Assembly: GCA_026986155.1 (NCBI GenBank)
Contig: JALSPC010000047.1
Location: 1 to 51,019, forward strand
Source: a bacterium
GTDB lineage: Bacteria > Desulfobacterota > S145-22
DNA length: 51,019 nucleotides
Reading direction: 5' to 3'
Shown: positions 1-9,652 of the stretch, one piece after another
How the letters are laid out: the number at the start of each line of letters is the position of its first letter
Position numbering within the stretch: the first letter of the stretch is position 1
Notes under the pieces: generated by a model
Database searches by the model: none
The model's input: the letters and a program-made list of their open reading frames with translations, nothing else
What the model was told of the DNA's origin: nothing
Position numbers and translations under genes: made by a program

Positions 1-2
1 TC

Positions 3-896
3 ATCTTCGAGGAAAAGGCCCTCTACATCTTCGACTGCATCGAGTTCAACGAGCGTTTCCGCTTCATCGACACCATGTCCGACCTCGCCTTCCTCGTGAT
101 GGAACTGGAATTCCTGGGGCAGGCCTTCCGGAATCCCGTTCTTCTGAATGTCTATTTTGCACACGTGGAAGACAAATGGGGACCGCGCATGCTCGACTTC
201 TACGCCTGCTACCGCGCCACGGTCCGCGCCAAGGTTCACGCCTTCACCGCGGGGGACGCCTCGGTTCCAGAAAAGCAGCGGGAACGCTCGAAGGCCCTGT
301 CCCGGGCCTACCTCGGGCTTGCCGAGAGACTGATTCGACGCTACGAGCGTCCCTATCTCGTCCTGACCATGGGACTTTCCGGGACGGGGAAGACCACCGT
401 GGCGAGGGCCCTTGCCGACAGGAACGGGATCACCGTGGTGAGCTCCGATGTCGTGCGGAAAGACCTTATGGAGGGACAGACGTTCGCCGCCGGAAGGTGG
501 AACGAGGGGCTTTACCGGCCGGAGAACCGGGCGCGGGTCTACGATCGCATGTTCGCGTCGGCGCGGGAGACCTTGCGTGACGGGCGCTCCGTCTGCCTGG
601 ACGCCAGCTTTCTCGATGCCTCTCAGCGGGAGCGGGCCGCCGCCCTCGCGGGGGAGATAGGTGCCAATTTACTCGCCCTGGTATGCCACTGCGCGGAAGA
701 CCAGGTCCGGAAATTCCTGGAAGAGCGCCGGGCGGCGGGAAACGACGCCTCAGATGCCGATTTTGGCATCTACCTAAAACAGAAAGAGGCCTTCAAGGGA
801 TGGGATCCCATCCCCGCTTACAGCCGCTTTTCCATCGATACCACCGGGGGGATCCCGGAAGAGGAACTCGACCTCTTGGCGCCCTTTGTGGTCTGA
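3..896 (+). CDS. Bifunctional aminoglycoside phosphotransferase-like / AAA_33 P-loop kinase (5' truncated by window edge)
   Basis: Frame of ORF 75..896 is open to the window start (IFDCIEFNERFRFIDTMSDLAFL, typical of this family); P-loop GLSGTGKTT, SSDVVRK and SDAD motifs. Confidence 0.85.
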   Translation: MFEEKALYIFDCIEFNERFRFIDTMSDLAFLVMELEFLGQAFRNPVLLNVYFAHVEDKWGPRMLDFYACYRATVRAKVHAFTAGDASVPEKQRERSKALSRAYLGLAERLIRRYERPYLVLTMGLSGTGKTTVARALADRNGITVVSSDVVRKDLMEGQTFAAGRWNEGLYRPENRARVYDRMFASARETLRDGRSVCLDASFLDASQRERAAALAGEIGANLLALVCHCAEDQVRKFLEERRAAGNDASDADFGIYLKQKEAFKGWDPIPAYSRFSIDTTGGIPEEELDLLAPFVV

Positions 897-930
897 TATT
901 ATTTTCCAACATGGCTTTTGAAATGCCATG

Positions 931-975
931 AACTCGGGTTATCCCATGGGATAACCCGAGTTTGTTTCTTTTTTT
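931..975 (+). terminator. Perfect 32-bp palindrome followed by T-rich tract; probable intrinsic terminator
   Basis: aactcgggttatccca|tgggataacccgagtt (931-962) then tgtttctttttt. Confidence 0.5.
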
Positions 976-1008
976 ATGCCAAAGTGAAACGTCCATCGAT
1001 TTTAATTG

Positions 1009-1038
1009 TTGACATGGAAGCGGAAATTGTGATAAAAA
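1009..1038 (+). promoter_or_regulatory. Putative sigma70 promoter of the glutamate synthase operon
   Basis: TTGACA at 1009-1014, TGTGATAAAAA at the -10 position. Confidence 0.4.
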
Positions 1039-1071
1039 GCAGTCCACTTTTGAGGAAGGGTTTGCAGGGGA

Positions 1072-2169
1072 ATGATAAACGACATCTATCGGGAAAAAGA
1101 GATATCCGGCTGCGGGCTTTCCGCCTACATGGACGAGTCAGGCCGGCGGACTTCTGGGGACGACATCATCCAGTCGATCGCCCTGCTGCACGACCGGAGC
1201 AACGGCCTGGGAGGCGGGTTTGCCGCCTACGGCATCTACCCGGAGTTTCCGGACAGTTATGCCTTCCACCTCTTCTATGACGACGGCGCGAGCCAGGTAA
1301 CCTGCGAGGAGCTGATCCACGCCAGCTTCCATATCCGGGAATCGGGCCCCATCGCCACCCGGAAGGCCTTCGGGATCGGGCCTTCGCCCATCATCTGGCG
1401 GTATTTCGTGGATCCGAAGGAGGAAATCCTCGAGCGCGCCGGCCTTTCCGCCGACGACTTCGTGGTCCGGGAGGTCATGAAGATAAACAAGACCATCGAA
1501 GGTGCCTTCGTCTTCTCCAGCGGCAAGAACATGGGGGCCTTCAAGGCGGTCGGGTTTCCCGAGGACGTGGGGGATTTCTACCGGCTCGATGAATACAGGG
1601 CCTACATGTGGGTAGCCCACGGACGGTTCCCCACCAATACCCCCGGCTGGTGGGGAGGCGCGCATCCCTTCACGATTCTGGACTGGGCCATCGTCCATAA
1701 CGGCGAGATCTCGTCCTACGGCATCAACAAGCGCTACGTGGAGATGTTCGGATACCACTGCACCATGATGACCGACACGGAGGTCATGGCCTACCTCTTC
1801 GACCTGCTGTTGCGGAAACACGGCCTTCCCATCGAAACGGCCTGCGCCATTCTCGCCCCGCCCTTCTGGGACCTGATCGCCCACATGCCCGAAGAGGAAA
1901 AAAACTATTACACGACCCTTCGGATGGTTTACGGAAGCGCCATGGCCAACGGGCCCTTTGCCATCGTTTTGGGCAGCAGGGACATGATGGTAGCCCTGAA
2001 CGACCGGGTCAAGCTGCGTCCCCTCGTGGCCGCCCGGAAGGGGAGTATTGTCTACGTCTCGAGTGAGGAATCGGGCATCCGCGAGATATGCCCCCGCCCC
2101 GATACCGTCTGGATGCCCCGGACGGGGGAACCCGTCATCGCGAGACTTCAGCAGGAGGCCGCGTCGTGA
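1072..2169 (+). CDS. Class II glutamine amidotransferase, stand-alone GltB1-like domain of split glutamate synthase
   Basis: N-terminal CG after short propeptide, RSNGLGGG, AHGRFPTNT, HPF, VHNGEISSYG, TDTEV, NGPF, DRVKLRP. Confidence 0.9.
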   Translation: MINDIYREKEISGCGLSAYMDESGRRTSGDDIIQSIALLHDRSNGLGGGFAAYGIYPEFPDSYAFHLFYDDGASQVTCEELIHASFHIRESGPIATRKAFGIGPSPIIWRYFVDPKEEILERAGLSADDFVVREVMKINKTIEGAFVFSSGKNMGAFKAVGFPEDVGDFYRLDEYRAYMWVAHGRFPTNTPGWWGGAHPFTILDWAIVHNGEISSYGINKRYVEMFGYHCTMMTDTEVMAYLFDLLLRKHGLPIETACAILAPPFWDLIAHMPEEEKNYYTTLRMVYGSAMANGPFAIVLGSRDMMVALNDRVKLRPLVAARKGSIVYVSSEESGIREICPRPDTVWMPRTGEPVIARLQQEAAS

Positions 2170-3680
2170 GATTCAGCTACCTTGAACCGGAATTTCTCGT
2201 CGAACGCAACCTGGAACGCTGTATTCGCTGCCAAGTCTGTGTCCGACAGTGCGCCTTCGAGGCCCATCGCTACGACGCGGCGTCAGACGTGGTGACCGTG
2301 GACTCCAGCAGGTGCGTGGGATGCCTACGCTGCGTGACGATGTGTCCCACCGACGCCCTCATCGTCCGGCAGAACCCCACCACCTTCAAGGAGAACGCCA
2401 ACTGGACGGGCCGGGTCATCAAAAACATCTACAAACAGGCGGAAACAGGCGGCGTCCTCTTGACCGGCATGGGAAACGACCGTCCCTATCCCATCTACTG
2501 GGATCACATGGTCCTGAACGCGAGCCAGGTGACCAACCCGTCCATTGACCCGCTCAGGGAACCGATGGAGCTGAAGACCTACCTGGGCCGGAAACCGGAA
2601 CGGCTCGACGTCTCCGTGAAGGACGGCAAGATCAGCCTGAACACGAAACTCGCCCCACAACTGGAGCTTCGGATGCCCGTTGTCTTTTCCGCCCTCTCCT
2701 ATGGGGCCATCAGCTTCAACGCGAGCAAGGCCCTGGCCAGCGCCGCCTATGAATTCGGCACCTATTACAACACGGGCGAGGGAGGCCTGCACCGGGACCT
2801 CTACCGGTACGGGGAACGGACCATCGTCCAGTGCGCCTCGGGGCGGTTCGGGGTCCACAAGGACTACCTCCAGGCGGCCGCCGCCATCGAAATCAAGATA
2901 GGCCAGGGGGCGAAACCGGGCATCGGGGGTCACCTGCCGGGAGAGAAGGTGAGCCGGGAGGTTTCCAGGACCCGGATGATCCCGGAGGGATCCGACGCCC
3001 TGTCCCCGGCACCGCACCACGACATCTACTCCATCGAGGACCTCCGGCAGCTCATCTACGCCCTGAAGGAGGCGACCCGCTACGAGAAACCCGTCTCCGT
3101 GAAGATCGCGGCGGTTCACAACTCGGCGGCCATCGCCAGCGGCATGGTGCGGGCGGGGGCCGACATCATCGCCCTTGACGGGATCCGCGGGGGGACCGGG
3201 GCCGCGCCCACCACCATCCGGGACAACGTGGGCATCCCCATTGAGCTGGCCATCGCCTCGGTGGACCAGCGCCTGCGTGAAGAGGGCATCCGTCACCAGG
3301 CCTCCATACTCGCGGCGGGGGGCTTCCGCAGCAGCTCCGACGTGATCAAGGCCATCGCCCTGGGCGCCGACGCCGTCTATATCGGAACCTCCGCCCTCGT
3401 GGCCATGGGGTGTCACCTCTGCCAGATCTGCTACACGGGAAAGTGCAACTGGGGGATCGCCACCCAGGATCCCTACCTGGAAAAGCGCCTCAACCCAGAG
3501 ATCGCGAAGGAACGCCTGATGAACCTCCTGCGCGCGTGGGAGCACGAAATCAAGGAGATGCTCGGGGGCATGGGGATCAACGCCATCGAAAGCCTGAGAG
3601 GGAACCGTCTTCACCTGCGGGGTGTCGGCCTGACGGACAGCGAACTGGAAATCCTTGGCATCTTGCCAGCGGGAAGGTAA
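2166..3680 (+). CDS. Glutamate synthase FMN-binding subunit (GltB2-like) with N-terminal 2x[4Fe-4S]
   Basis: GTG at 2166 overlaps upstream TGA; CIRCQVC/CVGCLRC ferredoxin motifs; SYGAIS, NTGEGG, QCASGRFGV, EIKIGQGAKPGIGGHLPGEKV, HHDIYSIEDL, CHLCQICYTGKCNWGIATQ. Confidence 0.92.
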   Translation: MRFSYLEPEFLVERNLERCIRCQVCVRQCAFEAHRYDAASDVVTVDSSRCVGCLRCVTMCPTDALIVRQNPTTFKENANWTGRVIKNIYKQAETGGVLLTGMGNDRPYPIYWDHMVLNASQVTNPSIDPLREPMELKTYLGRKPERLDVSVKDGKISLNTKLAPQLELRMPVVFSALSYGAISFNASKALASAAYEFGTYYNTGEGGLHRDLYRYGERTIVQCASGRFGVHKDYLQAAAAIEIKIGQGAKPGIGGHLPGEKVSREVSRTRMIPEGSDALSPAPHHDIYSIEDLRQLIYALKEATRYEKPVSVKIAAVHNSAAIASGMVRAGADIIALDGIRGGTGAAPTTIRDNVGIPIELAIASVDQRLREEGIRHQASILAAGGFRSSSDVIKAIALGADAVYIGTSALVAMGCHLCQICYTGKCNWGIATQDPYLEKRLNPEIAKERLMNLLRAWEHEIKEMLGGMGINAIESLRGNRLHLRGVGLTDSELEILGILPAGR

Positions 3681-3689
3681 CACGAAAAG

Positions 3690-4136
3690 ATGAAACGGGT
3701 TTACGCGAAAGAAGAGGTATGCGCCGGGTGCCGGCTCTGCGAGATCTGGTGTGTGGTGGCGCATTCTAAGACAAAGGACATCATCAAGGCCTTCAACGAG
3801 GAGTTTCCCCGGCCCTTGCCGCGTGTCCAGGTGGAGGAGTTCGGGTCCTTCTCCTTCGCCCTCCAGTGCCGGCACTGCAACGAGCCGCCCTGCATCGAGG
3901 CGTGCATGACGGGGGCCATGCACCGGGAGGCCCCGGACGGGCCGGTGCTCCACGACGCGGACAAGTGCGTGGGATGCTGGATGTGCATCATGGTCTGTCC
4001 CTATGGCGCCATCGCGAGGGACGAAACCTTAAAAAAGATTGCCAGCAAGTGTGACCTCTGTTACGGGGAAGAGGAGCCCGCCTGCGTGGCCCACTGTCCC
4101 AACGAGGCCCTTGTGTTCGAGGATAGAGGAGAATGA
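3690..4136 (+). CDS. 4Fe-4S dicluster electron-transfer protein (CooF/HydN-like)
   Basis: CAGCRLCEIWC, CRHCNEPPCIEAC, CVGCWMCIMVCP, KCDLC..PACVAHCP. Confidence 0.9.
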   Translation: MKRVYAKEEVCAGCRLCEIWCVVAHSKTKDIIKAFNEEFPRPLPRVQVEEFGSFSFALQCRHCNEPPCIEACMTGAMHREAPDGPVLHDADKCVGCWMCIMVCPYGAIARDETLKKIASKCDLCYGEEEPACVAHCPNEALVFEDRGE

Positions 4137-5404
4137 AATACGTCATCATTGGAAATTCCGCGGCCGCCATCGGCGGAGTGGAGGGAATCCGGCGGGTCGA
4201 TCCGGAGGGCGAGATTATCCTTATCTCGAAGGAACCTTACGCCACCTATTCCCGCCCGCTCATCTCCTATTTCCTGGCGGGGCAGGTGGACGCGCGTCAC
4301 ATGGCGTATCGTCCCGCCTCCTTTTACAGGGACACCGGTGTCACGGCGCTCCTGGGGCGGGAAGCGGCGCGGGTGGACACGGAGGCCTCCCGGGTGATCC
4401 TCGCGGACGGGGAGGCGGTTTCCTACGACCGTCTGCTCATCGCAACGGGCGGGGTTCCCTTCGTTCCCCCCATCGAGGGGGCGGACGCCGGAGGTGTGAC
4501 GACCTTTACCACCTGGGACGACGCCAAGGCGTTGAAGCGCCTCGCGCCCTCCCTGAAAAAGGTGGTGATCCTGGGCGGAGGCCTCATCGGCGTCAAGGCG
4601 ATGGAGGGCCTGCAGGCCCACGGCATCGACATCACCGTCGTGGAGCTTATGGACAGAATTTTGGGCCTGGTCCTCGACAAGACGGCCTCCGGGATCCTGG
4701 AGAAGAAACTGGTCCAGGAAGGCGTGACCCTCAGGAAGGGGACGACCATCCGGAAAATCGTGCCCGGCGGGGATGGGAAGGTCCGGGAGGTTCTCCTCGA
4801 AAACGGGGAGAGCCTGGAAGCGGATCACCTGATCATCGCCATCGGGGTGCGCCCGAACCTGCGAGTGGCGGCCGATACCCCCATCGCCTGCGGGCGCGGT
4901 ATCCTGGTGGATGACGCCATGCGGACGAACGTGCCCCATGTCTACGCGGCGGGGGACGTGGCGGAGGCCACCGAGCTGCTCAGCGGGGAAAAGCGCGTCA
5001 TTCCCATCCTTCCCAACGCCTACAGGCAGGGAAAGATCGCCGGGATGGCCATGGCGGGGCAGGAAAGCGCCTACCTGGGCGGCCTCGTTATGAACTCCGT
5101 CGAGGTGGGGGGAATTCCCGCCATTTCCGCGGGCCTCATGAACCCCCCGGAGGAGGCGGGCTACGAGGTCAAGCGGTTCTTGGACAAGAAGAACAACGTC
5201 TATAGAAAAATGGTTCTCAAGGATGACCGCCTGATCGGCTTCATCCTCATCGGGGCAGTGGACCGGGCGGGAATTTACACGGGGCTGATCCGGGAAAGAA
5301 TCGATGTGGGCCCCTTCAAGCGGCGCCTGCTGGAGTCCGATTTCGGGGTCATCGATTTCCCAAGGGACCTGAGGTCCTACAAACTATCAACCGTTTACAT
5401 GTGA
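4133..5404 (+). CDS. FAD-dependent NAD(P)H oxidoreductase (NirB N-terminal / rubredoxin reductase-like)
   Basis: IIGNSAAA, YSRPLI, LLIATGG, GGGLIG, YAAGDVAE. Confidence 0.88.
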   Translation: MKYVIIGNSAAAIGGVEGIRRVDPEGEIILISKEPYATYSRPLISYFLAGQVDARHMAYRPASFYRDTGVTALLGREAARVDTEASRVILADGEAVSYDRLLIATGGVPFVPPIEGADAGGVTTFTTWDDAKALKRLAPSLKKVVILGGGLIGVKAMEGLQAHGIDITVVELMDRILGLVLDKTASGILEKKLVQEGVTLRKGTTIRKIVPGGDGKVREVLLENGESLEADHLIIAIGVRPNLRVAADTPIACGRGILVDDAMRTNVPHVYAAGDVAEATELLSGEKRVIPILPNAYRQGKIAGMAMAGQESAYLGGLVMNSVEVGGIPAISAGLMNPPEEAGYEVKRFLDKKNNVYRKMVLKDDRLIGFILIGAVDRAGIYTGLIRERIDVGPFKRRLLESDFGVIDFPRDLRSYKLSTVYM

Positions 5405-5417
5405 GCGAAAGGGTTTC

Positions 5418-6152
5418 ATGAGGATAAGCGCGAAAGGATTGCACTACCGGACGTTGAACGAAAAGATTCACCATCTCGTCGATTCGGGCGCGAAAAGTCT
5501 TCACGTGACGCACGTGAACGGCCAGCGCTATATCGGCGGCGGGCTCCAGGGAGACATTCGCCTCACCCTCGAAGGCGTGCCGGGAAACGACCTGGCCGCC
5601 TTCATGGACGGTCCCAGGATCCGGGTCAAGGGCAACGCCCAGGACGGCGTGGCCAACACCATGAACGCGGGGGAGGTCATCATCGACGGTAACGCGGGAG
5701 ACGTCCTTGGATACGGGATGCGGGGCGGCAGGGTTTTCATCCGCGGCAGCGTGGGATACCGCGTGGGGATTCATATGAAATCGTTTGAGAAACAGGTTCC
5801 CGTCATGGTGGTGGGAGGCAGCGCCCGCGATTTCCTGGGGGAATACCAGGCGGGCGGCATTATCCTCGTCCTGGGCCTCGGCCTGGCGCCGGGCGAACCC
5901 ATCGCCGGTTACATGGTGGGAACCGGCATGCACGGCGGCGTCATGTATGTCCGCGGCAAGGTGGAAGACTGGCAGATAGGAAGAGAAGTCAAGATATTCG
6001 AGCTCGACGAGGCGGACTACAAGACCATGCGGCCGCACCTGAGGGCCTTCGCTCGTGCCTTTCGCCTTGACCTGGACGAGATCATGGCAGAACCCTTCCT
6101 GAAAATGATTCCCTATTCCAAGCGCCCCTACGGACGGATTTACGCGTATTAA
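5418..6152 (+). CDS. Glutamate synthase GXGXG beta-helix domain protein (GltB3-like)
   Basis: NGQRYIG, GNAQDGVANTMNAG, GDVLGYGMRGG, GYRVGIHMK, GTGMHGG repeats. Confidence 0.88.
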   Translation: MRISAKGLHYRTLNEKIHHLVDSGAKSLHVTHVNGQRYIGGGLQGDIRLTLEGVPGNDLAAFMDGPRIRVKGNAQDGVANTMNAGEVIIDGNAGDVLGYGMRGGRVFIRGSVGYRVGIHMKSFEKQVPVMVVGGSARDFLGEYQAGGIILVLGLGLAPGEPIAGYMVGTGMHGGVMYVRGKVEDWQIGREVKIFELDEADYKTMRPHLRAFARAFRLDLDEIMAEPFLKMIPYSKRPYGRIYAY

Positions 6153-6420
6153 CGGGTGTGACGTGCCGGTTAGGAGCCCGGCTGCGCGGATGAGCTCAGA
6201 CAGAAAGACCGACGACATGGTAGAAAGCGAAAGATTAGAATTACTTCTGTAAACGCGACCGTTTTTTTGTCGTGATTTGTGGGAATTCTTGTTTCAGTGT
6301 GTTCCCAAGAGGATAAGATTCATCCCGTCTTTACCTAACACAAAAGCCCAAAACATGGCCCTTCACGCCGAGGAATAAAACCAAAGGGCAGAATGGCCGG
6401 AACAGGCCGGCATAAAAAAA

Positions 6421-6496
6421 TGGTGGAGATGATGGGATTCGAACCCACGACCCCCACGTTGCGAACGTGGTGCTCTCCCAGCTGAGCTACATCCCC
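6421..6496 (-). tRNA. tRNA-Ala (anticodon CGC)
   Basis: Reverse complement GGGGATGTAGCTCAGCTGGGAGAGC..CCACG TTCGCAA CGTGG..GGTTCGAATCCC..CTCCACCA; 76 nt with encoded CCA. Confidence 0.95.
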
Positions 6497-6640
6497 ACGG
6501 CAGAAATACCTATCATGACCGGTGACGCGTGTCAAGACGCGGGAAAGTTTTGCGTAGCAAATCCCTCAAGTAGCACTTATGAGTTCGCGTTTTTCATCTG
6601 TGTAAATCTGTATCAATATTTGCCTTCGAGTCCGGGCGTT

Positions 6641-7240
6641 TCAGAACTCGGTGCGCTGCTTGAGGGAGGCCCCGAGGGTTTGCGTGTCCACGTATTCGAT
6701 GTCTCCTCCCACGGGGATTCCCTGCGCGAGCCGCGTGACTTTGAGGCCAAAGGGCTGGAACCGCTTCACGAGGTAAAGGGCCGTGGCGGTCCCGTTGGTG
6801 TCGGAATTGGTTGCCAGAATGATCTCCCGCACCGGCTCCTTTTGGAGGCGGGTGATAAGCTCGTCGATGCGGAGCTTCTCGGGCCCCATCCCCTTGAGGG
6901 GATCGATGTGCCCCTGGAGGACGTGATAAAGGCCCCGGAACGCCCCCGTTTGCTCGATGGCGATGAGGTCCTTCGTGTCCTCCACGACGCAGATCACGCG
7001 GGGATCCCGCTTGGGGTCCCGGCAGATGGCGCACAGTTCCGCGTCCGCGAGATTGAAACAACGGGCGCAGAGGCGCAAGTCATTCTTGACGGCGCGGATC
7101 GCCTCGGCAAGGGCCTCTGCGTAGGCGTTCGAGGCGTTTAAAACATGAAAGGCCATGCGGGTGGCGCTTTTCCGCCCCACGCCGGGGAGCTTGGAAAAAA
7201 GGTCGATCAAGCGCAGGACGGGCTTGGGATAGGGTTCCAT
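6641..7240 (-). CDS. recR: Recombination mediator RecR
   Basis: LPGVGRKSA HhH, CARCFNL..CAIC zinc finger, ICVVE, YHVLQG, EIILAT TOPRIM, GIPVGGDIEYVD. Confidence 0.97.
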   Translation of the reverse strand: MEPYPKPVLRLIDLFSKLPGVGRKSATRMAFHVLNASNAYAEALAEAIRAVKNDLRLCARCFNLADAELCAICRDPKRDPRVICVVEDTKDLIAIEQTGAFRGLYHVLQGHIDPLKGMGPEKLRIDELITRLQKEPVREIILATNSDTNGTATALYLVKRFQPFGLKVTRLAQGIPVGGDIEYVDTQTLGASLKQRTEF

Positions 7241-7247
7241 CGTCTCC

Positions 7248-7562
7248 TCAAAAAAGGCCGGGAATCGACATGCCGCCCGTGAGTTTCTTCATCTCCTCCG
7301 CCATCATCTCCTGGGATTTTCGGAGGGCGTCGTTCACCGCGGCGACCACCAGGTCCTGGAGCATCTCCACGTCTTCCGGATCCACCACGTCGGGTTCTAT
7401 CTGAATGGAAAGAACTTCCTGGCGACCGTTTGCCAGAACCTTGACCATGCCGCCCCCCGAAGTGGCTTCCACCACCTTGTCGCCCAGCTCCTCCTGGATT
7501 TCCGCCATCTTGGCCTGCATCTTCTGGGCCTGTTTCATGATATCGGACAGTTTCGGACTCAT
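7248..7562 (-). CDS. ybaB: YbaB/EbfC nucleoid-associated protein
   Basis: MKQAQKMQ..GGGMVKV..DVEMLQDLVVAAVNDA; conserved dnaX-ybaB-recR order. Confidence 0.95.
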   Translation of the reverse strand: MSPKLSDIMKQAQKMQAKMAEIQEELGDKVVEATSGGGMVKVLANGRQEVLSIQIEPDVVDPEDVEMLQDLVVAAVNDALRKSQEMMAEEMKKLTGGMSIPGLF

Positions 7563-9247
7563 TGTTCCTCCTTATCTTGCTTGCTTATCGGTTTTATCTC
7601 GACGAGTTTCCCACCCAGGATCCCGAGGGCGTTCTGAACAGCGGGATGCCGGGCGAGTCCCTTCTTGGCCGGCGCGGTATCTTCCGACGTTTCACCCATA
7701 CCGGCCCTGTCGTTTCCGCCTGTCTCTTGCCTGAATGCCACGCGGGAAACATCCCGCCCGGTATGGGCCTTCAAAAGGTCCTTGAGTTGTTTCTCTTTCT
7801 CCGGGGTTTGCAAGAGGTGAAGCGAAAAGGACCTGAGGGGGAACAGGAATTCCACCATATCACCCTGCCACCGGACACCGCAGGCCTCCGAGAGCTGCAC
7901 GGAAAGGGGCATCGCCTTTTTTTTCACGAATTCAAGGAACCCGCGAAGGAAATCCTCCTTTTCTCCGCTGCCAGGTTCCTTTCTGTCAGAATCCCTTGAC
8001 TTTTCTTTCTTTTCCTCCGGACGGGGAGGACGGGTTTCAGCCTCCTTTGGGGCCTCTACACTCTGAATCCGGGAAGCGGCAGGTTGCGTTTCGGGTATTT
8101 TCCCTCCCCCAAGACGCGCCTCCAACTGCCGGATGAGGGCCTCTAGCGAGACCACTTGGCCCACGTGGACCATGCGCAGCAGCGCCGATTCCAGGCCGAT
8201 CCGGGCGTATTCGCTCTGAAGGACAAACCGTTCCTTGTCGTGGAAGATCTGTATCCACTGCTCTATCTGCTCGAGCGAGACGGGACGGATGAGCTCCCGC
8301 ATCCTTGTTATCTCCTCCTCCCCCCGCTCCATGGCGACCTCCCGATCCCCCGCCGCCTTCAAGAGGAGCAGGTCGTGGAGAAAGAGGAGAAAGGACCGAT
8401 AGAAAAAGGCGAGGTCGGTTCCCGCGTCCACCAGGTCGTGGATCAGCCCCAAAAGCCCCTCGGCATCTTGTCGTATGATGAAATCGAGTACCCGTATCAT
8501 GACCGAGGTATCCACCACCGACAGGGTGGACCGGGCGTCCTCGATGGTAATCTTCCTGTCCTCGGAGATGAGCATCAACTGGTCGAGCACCACCTCCGCG
8601 TCCCGAAGACTTCCCGTGGCCTCCCTCGCCACCAGCGTCAGGGCGTTCTCGTCGGCGGTAAATCCCTCCCGGCTCACGATCTTCTTGAGATGTTCCACCA
8701 TCAGGTGAAAGGGAACCCGTCGGAAATCGTAGCGCTGGCAGCGGGAAAGAATCGTGGGAGGGATCTTGTGGGGTTCCGTGGTGGCCAGGATGAAAATGAC
8801 GTGCTCGGGAGGCTCCTCCAGGGTCTTGAGGAGGGCGTTGAAGGCCTCCTTCGTCAGCATGTGGACTTCGTCGATGATGATGACCTTCGTGGTGAGGCTT
8901 GCCGGGAGATACATGACCGTTTCCTTGAGCTTGCGTATCTCGTCGATCCCCCGGTTGGAGGCCCCGTCGATCTCGTGGATGTCCAGGCTGACGCCCTGGG
9001 AGATCTCACGGCAGGCAGGACACTGACCGCACGGGCTAGGGGTTGGCCCCTTTTCGCAGTTCATGGCCTTTGCCAGGATACGCGCCACGGAGGTCTTCCC
9101 CACGCCGCGGGGCCCGCAGAACAACAGGGCGTGGGCGACCCGGTTCTGCTCGATGGCGTTTTTCAGGGTCTTTGTGATGATCTGCTGCCCCACGACCTCC
9201 TCGAAGGTCTGGGGCCGCCATTTTCTCGCGAGGACAAGATAAGACAT
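7559..9247 (-). CDS. dnaX: DNA polymerase III subunit gamma/tau
   Basis: YLVLARKWRPQTF, GPRGVGKTS, PCGQCPAC, IIDEVHML, NALLKTLEEPP, SRC. Confidence 0.97.
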   Translation of the reverse strand: MSYLVLARKWRPQTFEEVVGQQIITKTLKNAIEQNRVAHALLFCGPRGVGKTSVARILAKAMNCEKGPTPSPCGQCPACREISQGVSLDIHEIDGASNRGIDEIRKLKETVMYLPASLTTKVIIIDEVHMLTKEAFNALLKTLEEPPEHVIFILATTEPHKIPPTILSRCQRYDFRRVPFHLMVEHLKKIVSREGFTADENALTLVAREATGSLRDAEVVLDQLMLISEDRKITIEDARSTLSVVDTSVMIRVLDFIIRQDAEGLLGLIHDLVDAGTDLAFFYRSFLLFLHDLLLLKAAGDREVAMERGEEEITRMRELIRPVSLEQIEQWIQIFHDKERFVLQSEYARIGLESALLRMVHVGQVVSLEALIRQLEARLGGGKIPETQPAASRIQSVEAPKEAETRPPRPEEKKEKSRDSDRKEPGSGEKEDFLRGFLEFVKKKAMPLSVQLSEACGVRWQGDMVEFLFPLRSFSLHLLQTPEKEKQLKDLLKAHTGRDVSRVAFRQETGGNDRAGMGETSEDTAPAKKGLARHPAVQNALGILGGKLVEIKPISKQDKEEQ

Positions 9248-9262
9248 GCCGCTACCTGATGA

Positions 9263-9396
9263 AAGGGTGAACCGACTGGATAGTCAGGCACCCCTGCGGC
9301 ACACGCAAGGTCCCACTACCGCTGCTTCCTTCCGGACCTGACGGGGTTTGCGGGTTTACGTTGCGCAGGACCCGACTATCCAGGCCGTTCACCCTT
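9263..9396 (-). ncRNA. ffs: Signal recognition particle RNA (4.5S)
   Basis: Minus strand contains GTCAGGTCCGGAAGGAAGCAGC core within a long hairpin (aagggtgaac..gttcaccctt); upstream of dnaX; ends approximate. Confidence 0.92.
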
Positions 9397-9405
9397 GAAC
9401 ACTCA

Positions 9406-9499
9406 TGGCGGAGAGAGAGGGATTCGAACCCTCGGTACCCCTTGTGGGGGTACACACGATTTCCAATCGTGCTCCTTCGGCCAGCTCGGACATCTCTCC
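9406..9499 (-). tRNA. tRNA-Ser (anticodon GGA)
   Basis: GGAGAGATGTCCGAG..CACGA TTGGAAA TCGTG, long variable arm, GGTTCGAATCC..GCCA. Confidence 0.95.
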
Positions 9500-9560
9500 C
9501 TCTTGAAGTAATTCATTATATCACACCCTCGGGGGATGTGAACCCCCGACATGTGAAAAA

Positions 9561-9652
<92 letters not shown>

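Noticed and set aside
2325-3953. Long antisense ORFs (also 25932-27530, 38006-39322, 41942-43234, 44863-46092 and similar)
   Set aside because: Shadow frames of well-supported genes in GC-rich DNA; no motifs
6153-6420. Intergenic region at the 3' end of tRNA-Ala as a possible integration scar
   Set aside because: No duplicated tRNA 3' end or integrase fragment found in the window
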